The notes under the pieces were generated by a model that was not told the origin of the DNA, did no database searches, and worked only from the letters and a program-made list of their open reading frames with translations. This document shows, one piece after another, positions 18,690 through 27,430 of a stretch of 52,968 nt of DNA; positions within the stretch are counted from its first letter, which is position 1; the number at the start of each line of letters is the position of its first letter. The DNA comes from a virus (Duplodnaviria; Caudoviricetes). Position numbers and translations under genes: made by a program. The DNA is taken from positions 1-52,968 of IMG/VR virus record IMGVR_UViG_3300030329_000759; one strand, 5' to 3'.

Positions 18690-18822
18690 TTTGTTGCCTC
18701 ACTTTCTCTTGTAGTTTTTTATAACAAGACTTACATACCCAACCTGTACTAGTCCTACCACCACCATACTTCAGTTGTTTAAATTCATTACAGGTTTTGC
18801 AGTAAAGTCTAGGTTGATTCAT
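18673..18822 (-). CDS. 49-aa zinc-ribbon peptide
   Basis: Hand-translated MNQPRLYCKTC...VCKSCYKK; two CxxC; ATGA coupling. Confidence 0.6.
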   Translation of the reverse strand: MNQPRLYCKTCNEFKQLKYGGGRTSTGWVCKSCYKKLQEKVRQQNDRES

Positions 18823-18905
18823 AGAAGTCCATTCAAATATAGTGTCACTCCAATTGTAAAGGGATTAAATATTAAAGCAATCAAACACCATAAAATATTA
18901 TTCAT
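18819..18905 (-). CDS. 28-aa hydrophobic peptide MNNILWCLIALIFNPFTIGVTLYLNGLL
   Basis: Hand-translated; GGGAG RBS; fills the gap between genes. Confidence 0.5.
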   Translation of the reverse strand: MNNILWCLIALIFNPFTIGVTLYLNGLL

Positions 18906-18906
18906 T

Positions 18907-19551
18907 TCAATTCTCCCAACTTAAAGTCTTACCTGTTTCGTAGTTTTTTATAACTCCATACTTTATTTCTACCTCGCAGTCAGGATAACGTGTGTCATCA
19001 GGTATAAGTAAACCTGATTCAACCAATGATTTTGCCTCTGCCTCTGACTTAGCAGTCAGTCCTAAGTAACTGTCAGTCCTCACAATCTTTGACGTAACGT
19101 GTGCATCAAAAATGTAAGTAGGTTCAGGCTTGGGTTTAGGTTTAGGTTGGGGTTTCTTATTGTGAAAGTATGCCCTTAACAATTTACTCTTTTCTATGGG
19201 GTAACTGTACCGACAATCAAGATCAGTAGATTTAAAACCATCCATCAACTTCTGTCCTCTGACTTTGAAAGTGTAGTCCTCTTTGTTTAAATACTTCTTA
19301 ACTTTTCTAATAAAATCCCAACCATCATAATCATTGGGTATATTTTTTAAGGCATATAGTTGTTTCATCTTTTCTTTTTCAAGTAAGATCACGTTTAAAT
19401 GTGTCTGACAACCCTCTTCATGTTTAACAACTTGTAGATGTGAGTAGCTTTCAGAGTTTACATGATGCGAAAACTTTATCATAAACCAATCAACTTGTTT
19501 CGTGTCTGCAATAATAGGCATATTAATTAATATTGGTTGTGGTATGTTCAT
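18907..19551 (-). CDS. Hypothetical protein with Pro/Lys linker
   Basis: 214-aa ORF; KPQPKPKPKPEP linker. Confidence 0.65.
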   Translation of the reverse strand: MNIPQPILINMPIIADTKQVDWFMIKFSHHVNSESYSHLQVVKHEEGCQTHLNVILLEKEKMKQLYALKNIPNDYDGWDFIRKVKKYLNKEDYTFKVRGQKLMDGFKSTDLDCRYSYPIEKSKLLRAYFHNKKPQPKPKPKPEPTYIFDAHVTSKIVRTDSYLGLTAKSEAEAKSLVESGLLIPDDTRYPDCEVEIKYGVIKNYETGKTLSWEN

Positions 19552-19784
19552 TCTGATTCTCCTTTGCTTTTATATGTGATTGTAAATTGATATATCAATA
19601 CCCCAATACCCAATGTCAGTATTACTCCGACTAAAACTGAAGTAAAGACAGTACCTAGCAAGGCTAAGTCTATGTCCCAATAAGTAAAGTAAGGCATCAA
19701 TAGTATGTGTAAACCTGTCAGTCCCATTGCCATTAACATAGGGCTGAGTAAAAATGTTATATAAAGTTTATGTGTAGTTTTCAA
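19548..19784 (-). CDS. Two-TM membrane protein
   Basis: Two hydrophobic segments. Confidence 0.6.
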   Translation of the reverse strand: MKTTHKLYITFLLSPMLMAMGLTGLHILLMPYFTYWDIDLALLGTVFTSVLVGVILTLGIGVLIYQFTITYKSKGESE

Positions 19785-20167
19785 ATCGTTCTCCTTTTTT
19801 GTAACTTAATTAAATGTAATTTATCTTTGGTAGTTAACTCTACCTTGCCCTTGTAAGTATCCCACTCAGATCTCAGTAGTTTAGTGTAGGTAGGTTTACT
19901 ACATTTATTTCTCCAATAAACCCATTTGAAACCTATTGATTTAATTTCCACATAAGTACTTCCAACTAAACTTTTAGGATAATTTCTGCGTAAGTTAAAA
20001 ACTTTTTTATCAGAATCGTAAGGATATATTTCATAATATCCATCAGTACTCACAAATTTACTGCACTTTACTTTAATAGCTTTCATATAAACGCCTCTCT
20101 CTTTTCTAATGTTTTTCAATGTCGATAACTTCCGAATCCAAATAAGAATTTTCTGTAAGGCATACAC
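19781..20167 (-). CDS. Hypothetical protein (true start probably internal, MKAIK)
   Basis: ORF track; GAGG before internal ATG. Confidence 0.6.
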   Translation of the reverse strand: MYALQKILIWIRKLSTLKNIRKERGVYMKAIKVKCSKFVSTDGYYEIYPYDSDKKVFNLRRNYPKSLVGSTYVEIKSIGFKWVYWRNKCSKPTYTKLLRSEWDTYKGKVELTTKDKLHLIKLQKRRTI

Positions 20168-20291
20168 TACTACTCAATGTCCCCTCTCTATCAATCATTA
20201 CAGCTTCAACAGCTTCATCCTCGTCAGAAACATTCGACACTTCAAAAACTTTCTCTCTATATTCTCTAACTGTGACAATAAAACTAGCCAT
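20106..20291 (-). CDS. Small acidic hypothetical protein
   Basis: 61-aa ORF with GAGGG RBS. Confidence 0.6.
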   Translation of the reverse strand: MASFIVTVREYREKVFEVSNVSDEDEAVEAVMIDREGTLSSSVCLTENSYLDSEVIDIEKH

Positions 20292-20312
20292 ATTAATTAC
20301 CCTCTCTTTTTT

Positions 20313-20705
20313 TTATAGGTCACACCATGAAAACTTAACATTGTCTTTTGTGTTTTTTTTGTAAAGGTCAGCAAGTTCAATTGCCATTCTAGTTAACTCG
20401 CCAATTAAATCGGCGTGTCTGTAACAGAAACTGTCCAAAGTGTCCTCAGTTGTTTCATTGTTTGAGTCAACTAATCTAGTCCCTGATTTTTTATCGAGAA
20501 CGATTGCCATATATTCCAACGGCGTTGCGTTCAAACCTTCAGTGCCTGTGATTTTACAAACGTCTTTCTTATCCCAATCGTATTCAATTCCATTGGTAAG
20601 AATTCTTTTTGGCTTGTCGTAACTATAAATTACAATTTCAAAGTCATCATAGTTAGTGACAGAAACAACTTTCTTGTCGTTTGTTTTCAATGTCATTCTC
20701 CTCAA
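20313..20705 (-). CDS. Hypothetical protein
   Basis: 130-aa ORF. Confidence 0.65.
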   Translation of the reverse strand: MRRMTLKTNDKKVVSVTNYDDFEIVIYSYDKPKRILTNGIEYDWDKKDVCKITGTEGLNATPLEYMAIVLDKKSGTRLVDSNNETTEDTLDSFCYRHADLIGELTRMAIELADLYKKNTKDNVKFSWCDL

Positions 20706-21361
20706 GTTAAAATAAGTCTAGTCCATTGGTCTGCCATAGCATTGGCAATACCTTTAAATGTTTTACTTCTTTGTTCTGCCCTCTCTTTTGGTGTGAGTTT
20801 CCACAACTCTGAGTACCACTTCGGCATCTTGCTACCATTACCCATAGTCACAAACTCCCCTTTGTCTACTACCTTTGTAGGCTTTAGTAAGGGTAAGTTT
20901 TTTAACCATAAACATGTAGTCTTTTGTGCCTTGTGTCCAAACTGCCAAGGCTGTATTATCTGATCAGGCTTTCTTATCTGACTTGAGATAACTGACATAG
21001 GATTCTCTATTGCTATTCTGTGAATGGGTGCATTCATCAAGAGTCTAACAAAGTCTAAGGCTTTCCCTCTCTTATTCCATCTATCTATATTCTTTGTCTT
21101 GTCCTTGTTATATAACCATCTGTTACCACTTAGAGCAAGGTATGTACAAGGGGGAAAAGCAATCATCATATCCCAATGTTGATCTAATATTTTTGTGATA
21201 TCCCCTTGTATGTGATTCTTATGTGGGTTAGGTTTGATGTCACAAGAGTAGGTGTTCATATATCCTAGTCTTATGAATGCATCTCTGAGTGTTCCTGATT
21301 CCTCACAAGCAACAAGGATTCTAATGTCTTTGGGTAGTATATTAAATGGGATAATTTTCAT
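20702..21361 (-). CDS. Short phage-type cytosine-5 DNA methyltransferase-like protein
   Basis: ILVACEESG, SCD, FPPCT catalytic PC, IENP, KTTCLWL, RSKTF.GIA.AMA.QW. Confidence 0.8.
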   Translation of the reverse strand: MKIIPFNILPKDIRILVACEESGTLRDAFIRLGYMNTYSCDIKPNPHKNHIQGDITKILDQHWDMMIAFPPCTYLALSGNRWLYNKDKTKNIDRWNKRGKALDFVRLLMNAPIHRIAIENPMSVISSQIRKPDQIIQPWQFGHKAQKTTCLWLKNLPLLKPTKVVDKGEFVTMGNGSKMPKWYSELWKLTPKERAEQRSKTFKGIANAMADQWTRLILT

Positions 21362-21594
21362 TTTGAATTGTCCTTATTTGCATCTGTAAATATACCTGTG
21401 TTGTCAAGTCTAGCAACTATGTTTATTAGATGTTGTATATCTGTGTCTGCTAGTTTTGTAGCTTGTCCTGTGGACTCAGAAACTCTAACCATATTTAACT
21501 GTCTCTCTCTGTTTATCATTTGCTTGACTAACCTACCTTTGTCTGTTGTCAAGTGTGCATTTTTATCAAATTTTAACAATGCTCTAAGTTTCAT
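21358..21594 (-). CDS. Hypothetical protein
   Basis: 78-aa ORF with AGGAGA RBS. Confidence 0.65.
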   Translation of the reverse strand: MKLRALLKFDKNAHLTTDKGRLVKQMINRERQLNMVRVSESTGQATKLADTDIQHLINIVARLDNTGIFTDANKDNSK

Positions 21595-21723
21595 TTATAA
21601 ATCTCCTATAGTTAAAAAAAAATCTGTGGGCTATTTGTTTTACCAAGACAATTGATATGTTGCTAATGTCTTACTAGGTCTAGTAGTTACCCTTCTACTA
21701 ATTGTTAATTACTTTATATACTT

Positions 21724-21752
21724 AGTGTAGTGTAAGTACATTTAATACACAA
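21724..21752 (-). promoter_or_regulatory. Putative sigma70-type promoter
   Basis: TTGTGT-17-TACACT in an intergenic gap. Confidence 0.45.
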
Positions 21753-21778
21753 TATTTTTTTATTTCTTTGTATCTTTT

Positions 21779-22060
21779 TTACAACCCCTCCCTACATTTT
21801 CTTTCAAATTCTAGATCTAATTTTTCTTTTTCCAATAATGATAAGTCAAACATATCCCAAGCTTCATCCACACCACAAGATAAATTATTTAAAAAATTAA
21901 GCCACTCATTTTTATTTTTTAAAGTTATTTTTTCAACAAAGTATTCTTTACCACTCTCACTATATAAATTTTCTAAATACTTTTTGTGAGCAAGAGCATC
22001 TTTTTTATTTGTAAAAAATTCAAAGTGTCCTCGTATTGCAGTTGTCATATATAAAATCAT
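21779..22060 (-). CDS. Hypothetical protein
   Basis: 93-aa ORF with GGGAGA RBS. Confidence 0.65.
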   Translation of the reverse strand: MILYMTTAIRGHFEFFTNKKDALAHKKYLENLYSESGKEYFVEKITLKNKNEWLNFLNNLSCGVDEAWDMFDLSLLEKEKLDLEFERKCREGL

Positions 22061-22117
22061 TTTTAAATCTCCCTATATTAAAATTAATTAGTAACACTAC
22101 AAACAGCACTAGGTATA

Positions 22118-22882
22118 TTAAATTGCTTGTGTATATACAAAGTTACTTCTGTCAATATTTTTAATAGCCTCATTCCCTTTTAGACGTAAACCTACAACAA
22201 TATTTTTATCATCTTCGATTCTATTATCGTCAATATCTCCATCAATAACTTTTCTTCCTCGATGTATTGTGGGCAAGGGTTCTCCCTTTTTCACAAAAAA
22301 CACAGTTGCAACATTACCTCCACGTTTCAAAGCATAATCAATCTGTTTTTGGGCTTTGGGTTCTCGACTATCTGACATTGTGAGATGATAGTTACTAGGT
22401 AGTTTCTTACCGAATCTACTAGCAATCTTAGTGTAATCATAGAAATTTAATTCAGGATATGCCATAAAGATATTTTTGTAGGTTATACCATCCCTTACAC
22501 AAAGTATTGACAGATAATCAATGTCTGAAATTGTATTAAGTCTAATTCTTACTTTCTTTTTTAACTTGATAACCCTGTTTTTAACAATCTTTAAGCATTC
22601 ATTACTCAACATTTTCATGAATGTAGCTTGGTCGTTTACAAACAATTCTAATTTTTTAGTTCTCGCATCTCTAACATTGGAGAAAATGCCTCTTCCTGAT
22701 TCTCTCAGACAATCTTCACGACAACCGAATAAATTAGCATTTGGACAAGGATCGAAAGTTGAACCATCTTTTTTTGTAATAATTCTAGAGGTTAAGGTTA
22801 AGTTGTAAAACTCATAAATAGCTTGAGTTAATTTATTAGTCTTTTTAATTTTTGCGTTTGAATCTTTTGTTAATAATTGCAT
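22118..22882 (-). CDS. Gp88-like phage protein with Cys cluster
   Basis: CPNA...C...CL..SGRG, RLNTISD, FYDYTK, NYHLT.S, IDGD.DD.R. Confidence 0.7.
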   Translation of the reverse strand: MQLLTKDSNAKIKKTNKLTQAIYEFYNLTLTSRIITKKDGSTFDPCPNANLFGCREDCLRESGRGIFSNVRDARTKKLELFVNDQATFMKMLSNECLKIVKNRVIKLKKKVRIRLNTISDIDYLSILCVRDGITYKNIFMAYPELNFYDYTKIASRFGKKLPSNYHLTMSDSREPKAQKQIDYALKRGGNVATVFFVKKGEPLPTIHRGRKVIDGDIDDNRIEDDKNIVVGLRLKGNEAIKNIDRSNFVYTQAI

Positions 22883-22915
22883 TTTGTACCCCTTAGTTTT
22901 TAAATTATAATTTGA

Positions 22916-23923
22916 TTATGCTACCTTTAATTTATTTTTTTCTAATACGTTGTCAGTAGCAACTCGTATATATTCAAATGCTTTTTCAGCATCAGAACAT
23001 GCTTTAAATAGTTTTGTTGGATTCTTTTTTAAACTTTCATACCAACTTTTTAAATAACATACATGATTTTTAGACACTAACTTGCATTTGTTGCCATAGT
23101 AAGCATCTAATAAGCTACTAGTAAACTCAGCTACTAATTCCTCATAAGCATATGAATTTGTACTAAAAGAGTTATTTAATTTTCTATTTAATCTAGACTC
23201 ATGCCCTGTTGCATGTCCAATTTCATGACCTAGTGTAGATAAAAAATGTTCTTCACTATCAAATGATTCCTTAATCGGCATATCAATAGAATCGAAATTG
23301 GGGTAATAACATGCCCTATCTCTTTGCACCAAATGCATACCATTTTTTAAATTAATACCTTTTATCATGGCATTCTCTAACTCTGACAATGGGATGGTTT
23401 TTTCTACTTTTTTTGGTTTATATTTATCTTCAAGGTCATTAATAATTTTATCTACATCCTTAACTTTTCCTACCAATTGCGATAGATTCATGACATTGTA
23501 ATATTTATATTTAGGTATCAATCCAAATGTGGGATTTCCATCCTTATCTAAAATTGGTTTATTGTCTTTTTTCTTTTCGTATTGTTTCATAGAGAAATGG
23601 AAAATGTTTGAATACTTGTTTCCCTTTATAACTTTGTATGCATTTTCACCAAACAAAGTAATCATATTGTTTTCGGTTAGCCACAAGTTAGACTTATAAT
23701 TATTTTTAGCCTGAACATATGAAAGTAATAATGCATTTGAACCCTTGTAGACATTTTTGGTATGTGGGTTTAACTGAGATAACAAATTAAAATCTTTAGG
23801 ATTCCAACATTTTTTATAATCTGATGATTTATTGTCAGGGTTAAAAATATCCTCAATCAAAGATTGTAAAATTTTATTTTGTGAAACTTGTTGTGTTGTT
23901 AATGTTTGTTTGTATGTTTTCAT
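22916..23923 (-). CDS. ardC: ArdC-like anti-restriction / ssDNA-binding protein with zincin-like domain
   Basis: N...YKGSNALLL...WLT; ACYYP..D.I.MP; HEIGHATGH..RL.R; YAYEELVAE. Confidence 0.88.
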   Translation of the reverse strand: MKTYKQTLTTQQVSQNKILQSLIEDIFNPDNKSSDYKKCWNPKDFNLLSQLNPHTKNVYKGSNALLLSYVQAKNNYKSNLWLTENNMITLFGENAYKVIKGNKYSNIFHFSMKQYEKKKDNKPILDKDGNPTFGLIPKYKYYNVMNLSQLVGKVKDVDKIINDLEDKYKPKKVEKTIPLSELENAMIKGINLKNGMHLVQRDRACYYPNFDSIDMPIKESFDSEEHFLSTLGHEIGHATGHESRLNRKLNNSFSTNSYAYEELVAEFTSSLLDAYYGNKCKLVSKNHVCYLKSWYESLKKNPTKLFKACSDAEKAFEYIRVATDNVLEKNKLKVA

Positions 23924-23940
23924 TTTAATTATTCCTTTTG

Positions 23941-24219
23941 TTAAAAATTAATTGTTTTGTAGGTGTTACCTTTTCCATCTTTAAGTTTTAAATCAACTGA
24001 AAAACCAAATATTAAATTATTTGTTAGTTTTTTAAATTCGGTTTCAGTTAAACATTTAACATTATTTCTAAACAAACTAATAAATTGTTTAGCCTCATAA
24101 TTATCAGGAAAATATCTAATGTTCCCATATTGGTTTTTAACAATAAAAACTAATTTTTTTTCTGATAATTTTAAAATGTTTATTACTTGTTCTTTTGTGT
24201 AAGTTTTTTCATTTTCCAT
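23941..24219 (-). CDS. Hypothetical protein, first gene of the early arm
   Basis: 92-aa ORF after promoter and RBS. Confidence 0.65.
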   Translation of the reverse strand: MENEKTYTKEQVINILKLSEKKLVFIVKNQYGNIRYFPDNYEAKQFISLFRNNVKCLTETEFKKLTNNLIFGFSVDLKLKDGKGNTYKTINF

Positions 24220-24266
24220 TTTATTATTCCCTTTGTTAAAAATTAAATTTTGTTTCGATGCTTTCT

Positions 24267-24296
24267 ATATTAATAAATTTACTTTTATATTGTCAA
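24267..24296 (-). promoter_or_regulatory. Putative early promoter
   Basis: TTGACA-18-TAATAT with AT-rich upstream sequence. Confidence 0.6.
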
Positions 24297-24822
24297 TAAA
24301 TATTTATATATGGTTGTGCATAAATACAACATCTAGAAAATAATTAATAAATATGTTGACATTTAATTAAATGTATGCGTACCAGGTTTTATATGCAGTA
24401 TATAAAAGTAACTAGTATGAATTAGTAACTAGGGGATAGGGTTGTGGTGAATTTTATTTTTATGCATCGTCTATAAGTTTTTCACATTAACGTGAATTCC
24501 ATGCAATGTTTAACACTTTGATGTGTATTACTGTTAGTGAGTCAGTAAATATATAGGTACTTTTGGGCTATATACTAGCTATAACAGGTTAATTTAATAC
24601 AAATTTTGTACTTGACAGTTGACCTGGACTCGCCGAGGGTGGTGGGTGGGCGTGAGCCACGGGGGGTGCTCTAGATATATATACACACACTCTTACACAG
24701 ATCAGGTATTTTCAAAGTTATCCACAGGGGCGGTATTTCACCTAAAGTGTGACACTATTAAGTGTAAACTTATATGTACTGTGTTAGTGATTTATTTAAT
24801 TAGAATTATTTTTTTATAGTAT

Positions 24823-24850
24823 TTGACAGATTTAACTTTGTGAATATAAT
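24823..24850 (+). promoter_or_regulatory. Putative promoter for the late arm
   Basis: TTGACA-16-TATAAT, both hexamers perfect consensus. Confidence 0.7.
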
Positions 24851-24876
24851 AGAGTCTAACAGACGGCAAAGGTGAC

Positions 24877-24960
24877 ATCACTTATAAGTGTATCACTTAT
24901 AAATATATATCACTTAAAATAAAAAAACACTTATAGTGAGTGTTTCTAAATCACCTAATA
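24877..24960. repeat. Array of five (AT)CACTTA(TAA)-like repeats
   Basis: Copies at 24877, 24892, 24909, 24927, 24950; palindrome CACTTATAAGTG at 24879-24890. Confidence 0.75.
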
Positions 24961-24989
24961 AATATCTGTACTAAAGAAAGTCTGTTAGC

Positions 24990-25199
24990 TTGACTAAAAA
25001 AAGAAAAACTGTATACCTAAATGACAAATCTGTACTAGAAGATTTTTATCTAGCTATCAGAGAAAACAGATTAGATTCTCTTCATATACCACATAGTGAT
25101 GTATTCTTTGTACGAGTTGCATTGAGAAAGAGGACAGGTATTACTTTTGCTTTAAGGGACATTGAGTCGGCTATGAGAAAAGAGGGTTGGGATAAATAA
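24990..25199 (+). CDS. Hypothetical protein
   Basis: 69-aa ORF with TTG start, first gene of the late arm. Confidence 0.6.
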   Translation: MTKKRKTVYLNDKSVLEDFYLAIRENRLDSLHIPHSDVFFVRVALRKRTGITFALRDIESAMRKEGWDK

Positions 25200-25203
25200 T
25201 AAT

Positions 25204-25524
25204 ATGGCTATACCTGACAGATATAAGAAGATGGGTTTTACAAAGTTAAATGTTTGTAAAAGATCTTCTAGACCTGGTAAGAAGATGATGGTGTTAATCA
25301 AAGATGGTGAGAAGTATCGTGTGATACACTTTGGTGATGCATCTATGGGGCATAACTATAGCCCTGAAGCTAGGAAGAGTTTTAAAGCAAGACATGGAAA
25401 GAACATAGCAAAAGGTAAAACTAGTGCTGCGTATTGGGCTAACAAGTGTTTATGGGCTGGCCCTAAAGGAAGTAAGAAGTCACCCCCTAAATCTCAAAAA
25501 CATGTAAAAGGAAGGAAATCTTAA
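25204..25524 (+). CDS. Small basic phage protein (ARKSFKARH motif)
   Basis: K/R-rich; IHFG...ARKSFKARH...SAAYWA. Confidence 0.75.
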   Translation: MAIPDRYKKMGFTKLNVCKRSSRPGKKMMVLIKDGEKYRVIHFGDASMGHNYSPEARKSFKARHGKNIAKGKTSAAYWANKCLWAGPKGSKKSPPKSQKHVKGRKS

Positions 25525-25525
25525 A

Positions 25526-26737
25526 ATGGCTATCCCACAATTAGCAGCAATAGGTGTTCGAGAAGTAGCAAAATTTACAATTAAATACGGAATTCCAGCA
25601 GCTAAAGAAGCATATAAGGCTTACCTTAAAAAAAATCCTGCCGTAAGAAAAAAAATAAAAGGAAGTCTTGAAAATATTACTAAAGATTTTTTTAGTAAAA
25701 AAAGCATTACAAATGCAGGTAGTAAATTTAAAGAAGCAGCAAGTAAAACAAAGACTAGTGCTAGAAAGACTAACACACCCAGACCACCAAAAAAAGATCC
25801 AAAAAAAGATACCACTAAAGATACATCTAAAACAGAAAAACCTGATGTAAAAAAATCAAGAGCACAAAAAGCTTTTGATAGGGGTGCTAAGATGACCCAA
25901 GCTGAGAGAAATGCTCTTGTAAGAAAAAGAGCAGGACAGGCTATTGGTATTACAGGTGTAGGTGTAGGTGTAAGTGAAGCTGTTAAAAGTATTCAATCTA
26001 GCAAAGCTAAAGCAGAAGATAAAGCTAGAGCTAAAGCAGAAGCAGATGCTAAACGAAAAAAAGAATTAAAACAAAAGCAAAAGGATAGAGCAAATCAAAG
26101 AATGAATCAAGCCAATCCTAATGTACAAACATCTGTTAGAAGTGGTGGTTTTGAAGCTAAACGTGATAAGCCTGTATTGGGAAGCTCTAAAAATATTAGA
26201 TATGGTAGTGGAAGAGGTACTACTACATTTGAAGATAAAGATAAAAATGTAGTAAGAGATCGTTTTGGTAAAGCAGTTAAGAGTAAATCAGGTAAAGTTA
26301 GAACAAGAGATATTTTTAAAAGTAGTGTTTTTATGAAAGGCGGTATGACAATGAAAAAAAAGATGATGGCAGGAGGTGGCACTATGAAAAAGAAAGGGTA
26401 TGCTGCTGGTGGGGTAATGAAAAAGAAGATGATGGCAGCAGGTGGAAACATGAAGAAAAAAATGATGGCAGCTGGTGGTAATATGAAAAAGAAAATGATG
26501 CAAGTAGGTGGAGCATTAAAATCACCAACAGCCGATCAAACAGGTTTAAAAAAACTACCAAAATCTGTTCGTAATACAATGGGTTACTTGAAAAAAGGTG
26601 GTGCAGTTAAAAAGAAAATGATGGGTGGTGGAATGTCTAAGAAAAAAGGATATGCTGCTGGTGGTATGGGAATGAAAAAAGGCTATGCTGCTGGAGGTCG
26701 TGCTACAATGAAGAGGTCAACAACACGAGGAAAATAA
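25526..26737 (+). CDS. Highly basic protein with C-terminal KKKMMAAGG-type repeats
   Basis: 403 aa; about ten xxxGG units in the last ~135 aa. Confidence 0.8.
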   Translation: MAIPQLAAIGVREVAKFTIKYGIPAAKEAYKAYLKKNPAVRKKIKGSLENITKDFFSKKSITNAGSKFKEAASKTKTSARKTNTPRPPKKDPKKDTTKDTSKTEKPDVKKSRAQKAFDRGAKMTQAERNALVRKRAGQAIGITGVGVGVSEAVKSIQSSKAKAEDKARAKAEADAKRKKELKQKQKDRANQRMNQANPNVQTSVRSGGFEAKRDKPVLGSSKNIRYGSGRGTTTFEDKDKNVVRDRFGKAVKSKSGKVRTRDIFKSSVFMKGGMTMKKKMMAGGGTMKKKGYAAGGVMKKKMMAAGGNMKKKMMAAGGNMKKKMMQVGGALKSPTADQTGLKKLPKSVRNTMGYLKKGGAVKKKMMGGGMSKKKGYAAGGMGMKKGYAAGGRATMKRSTTRGK

Positions 26738-26740
26738 ATT

Positions 26741-27430
26741 TTGGCCTATCTGATAAGTGATTTAAGTGATTACAACATTCCACTATTTAAATGTTGGGTA
26801 AGAAAAGAGTTTACAAACGGACATAATAACTATCATGGGGAATTTATCCATGCAATAGTTATGGCAGTAAATACAATGCCTGATAGAAGTTTAAGTTTCC
26901 AGGTAATGTTTACAGGTTGTGAAGCTGACGATGGTAGTCAGGAAAATGTACATGGGGGTGCTATGTGGGCTAGAATGCCCATTAGTGCTTTGGTTGGAGA
27001 TATAGAATTAGATGAGTGGCCTGAAAGGATGCCTACTCATTTAGTTCAACCTTGGGATTGCCCATCACATTATCACAGCATAGTTAGGTTTGCTAGAGCT
27101 AATCCTAGCCCTTGGCTTTGTAAGATAGATGGAGATTTTTATAAATCTAGGTATTTGTTTACAGTAGATTTTACAGAGAGCCAAGTGAGTGATGACCCTG
27201 CTCAACACAAGCAATCACATGTGATGATACTGACTGAAGGGCAATGGAAAGGTAACGTAGTAGCTTTACCTAATAACAGAGTTAGAGTAACAAGCCCTGC
27301 ATATTGGGTTACTGGTGAGGGTGCTCCTGATTTTAGACCTAGCCAATATATACATTGTGCAGAACAAGATGATAGTTATACAGATCCAGAAATAACATTT
27401 AATAATTTATATAGTGAAAATGACACCTAA
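26741..27430 (+). CDS. Globular phage protein of unknown function
   Basis: 229-aa ORF with TTG start; W/H/C/D-rich. Confidence 0.75.
   Translation: MAYLISDLSDYNIPLFKCWVRKEFTNGHNNYHGEFIHAIVMAVNTMPDRSLSFQVMFTGCEADDGSQENVHGGAMWARMPISALVGDIELDEWPERMPTHLVQPWDCPSHYHSIVRFARANPSPWLCKIDGDFYKSRYLFTVDFTESQVSDDPAQHKQSHVMILTEGQWKGNVVALPNNRVRVTSPAYWVTGEGAPDFRPSQYIHCAEQDDSYTDPEITFNNLYSENDT

Larger units (their letters stand above)
24220..24989. other. Divergent non-coding control region; probable genome terminus/packaging and/or origin region
   Basis: Largest intergenic gap; strand switch; palindromes, G-rich island, short repeat array. Confidence 0.7.

Noticed and set aside
24619-24819. 66-aa ORF in the control region
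   Set aside because: TTG start without RBS; runs through the G-rich island and repeats
24877-24960. Repeat array as a mini-CRISPR
   Set aside because: Units are ~11 bp with gaps of only 4-11 bp; the Cas4-like gene is an ordinary replication-module exonuclease
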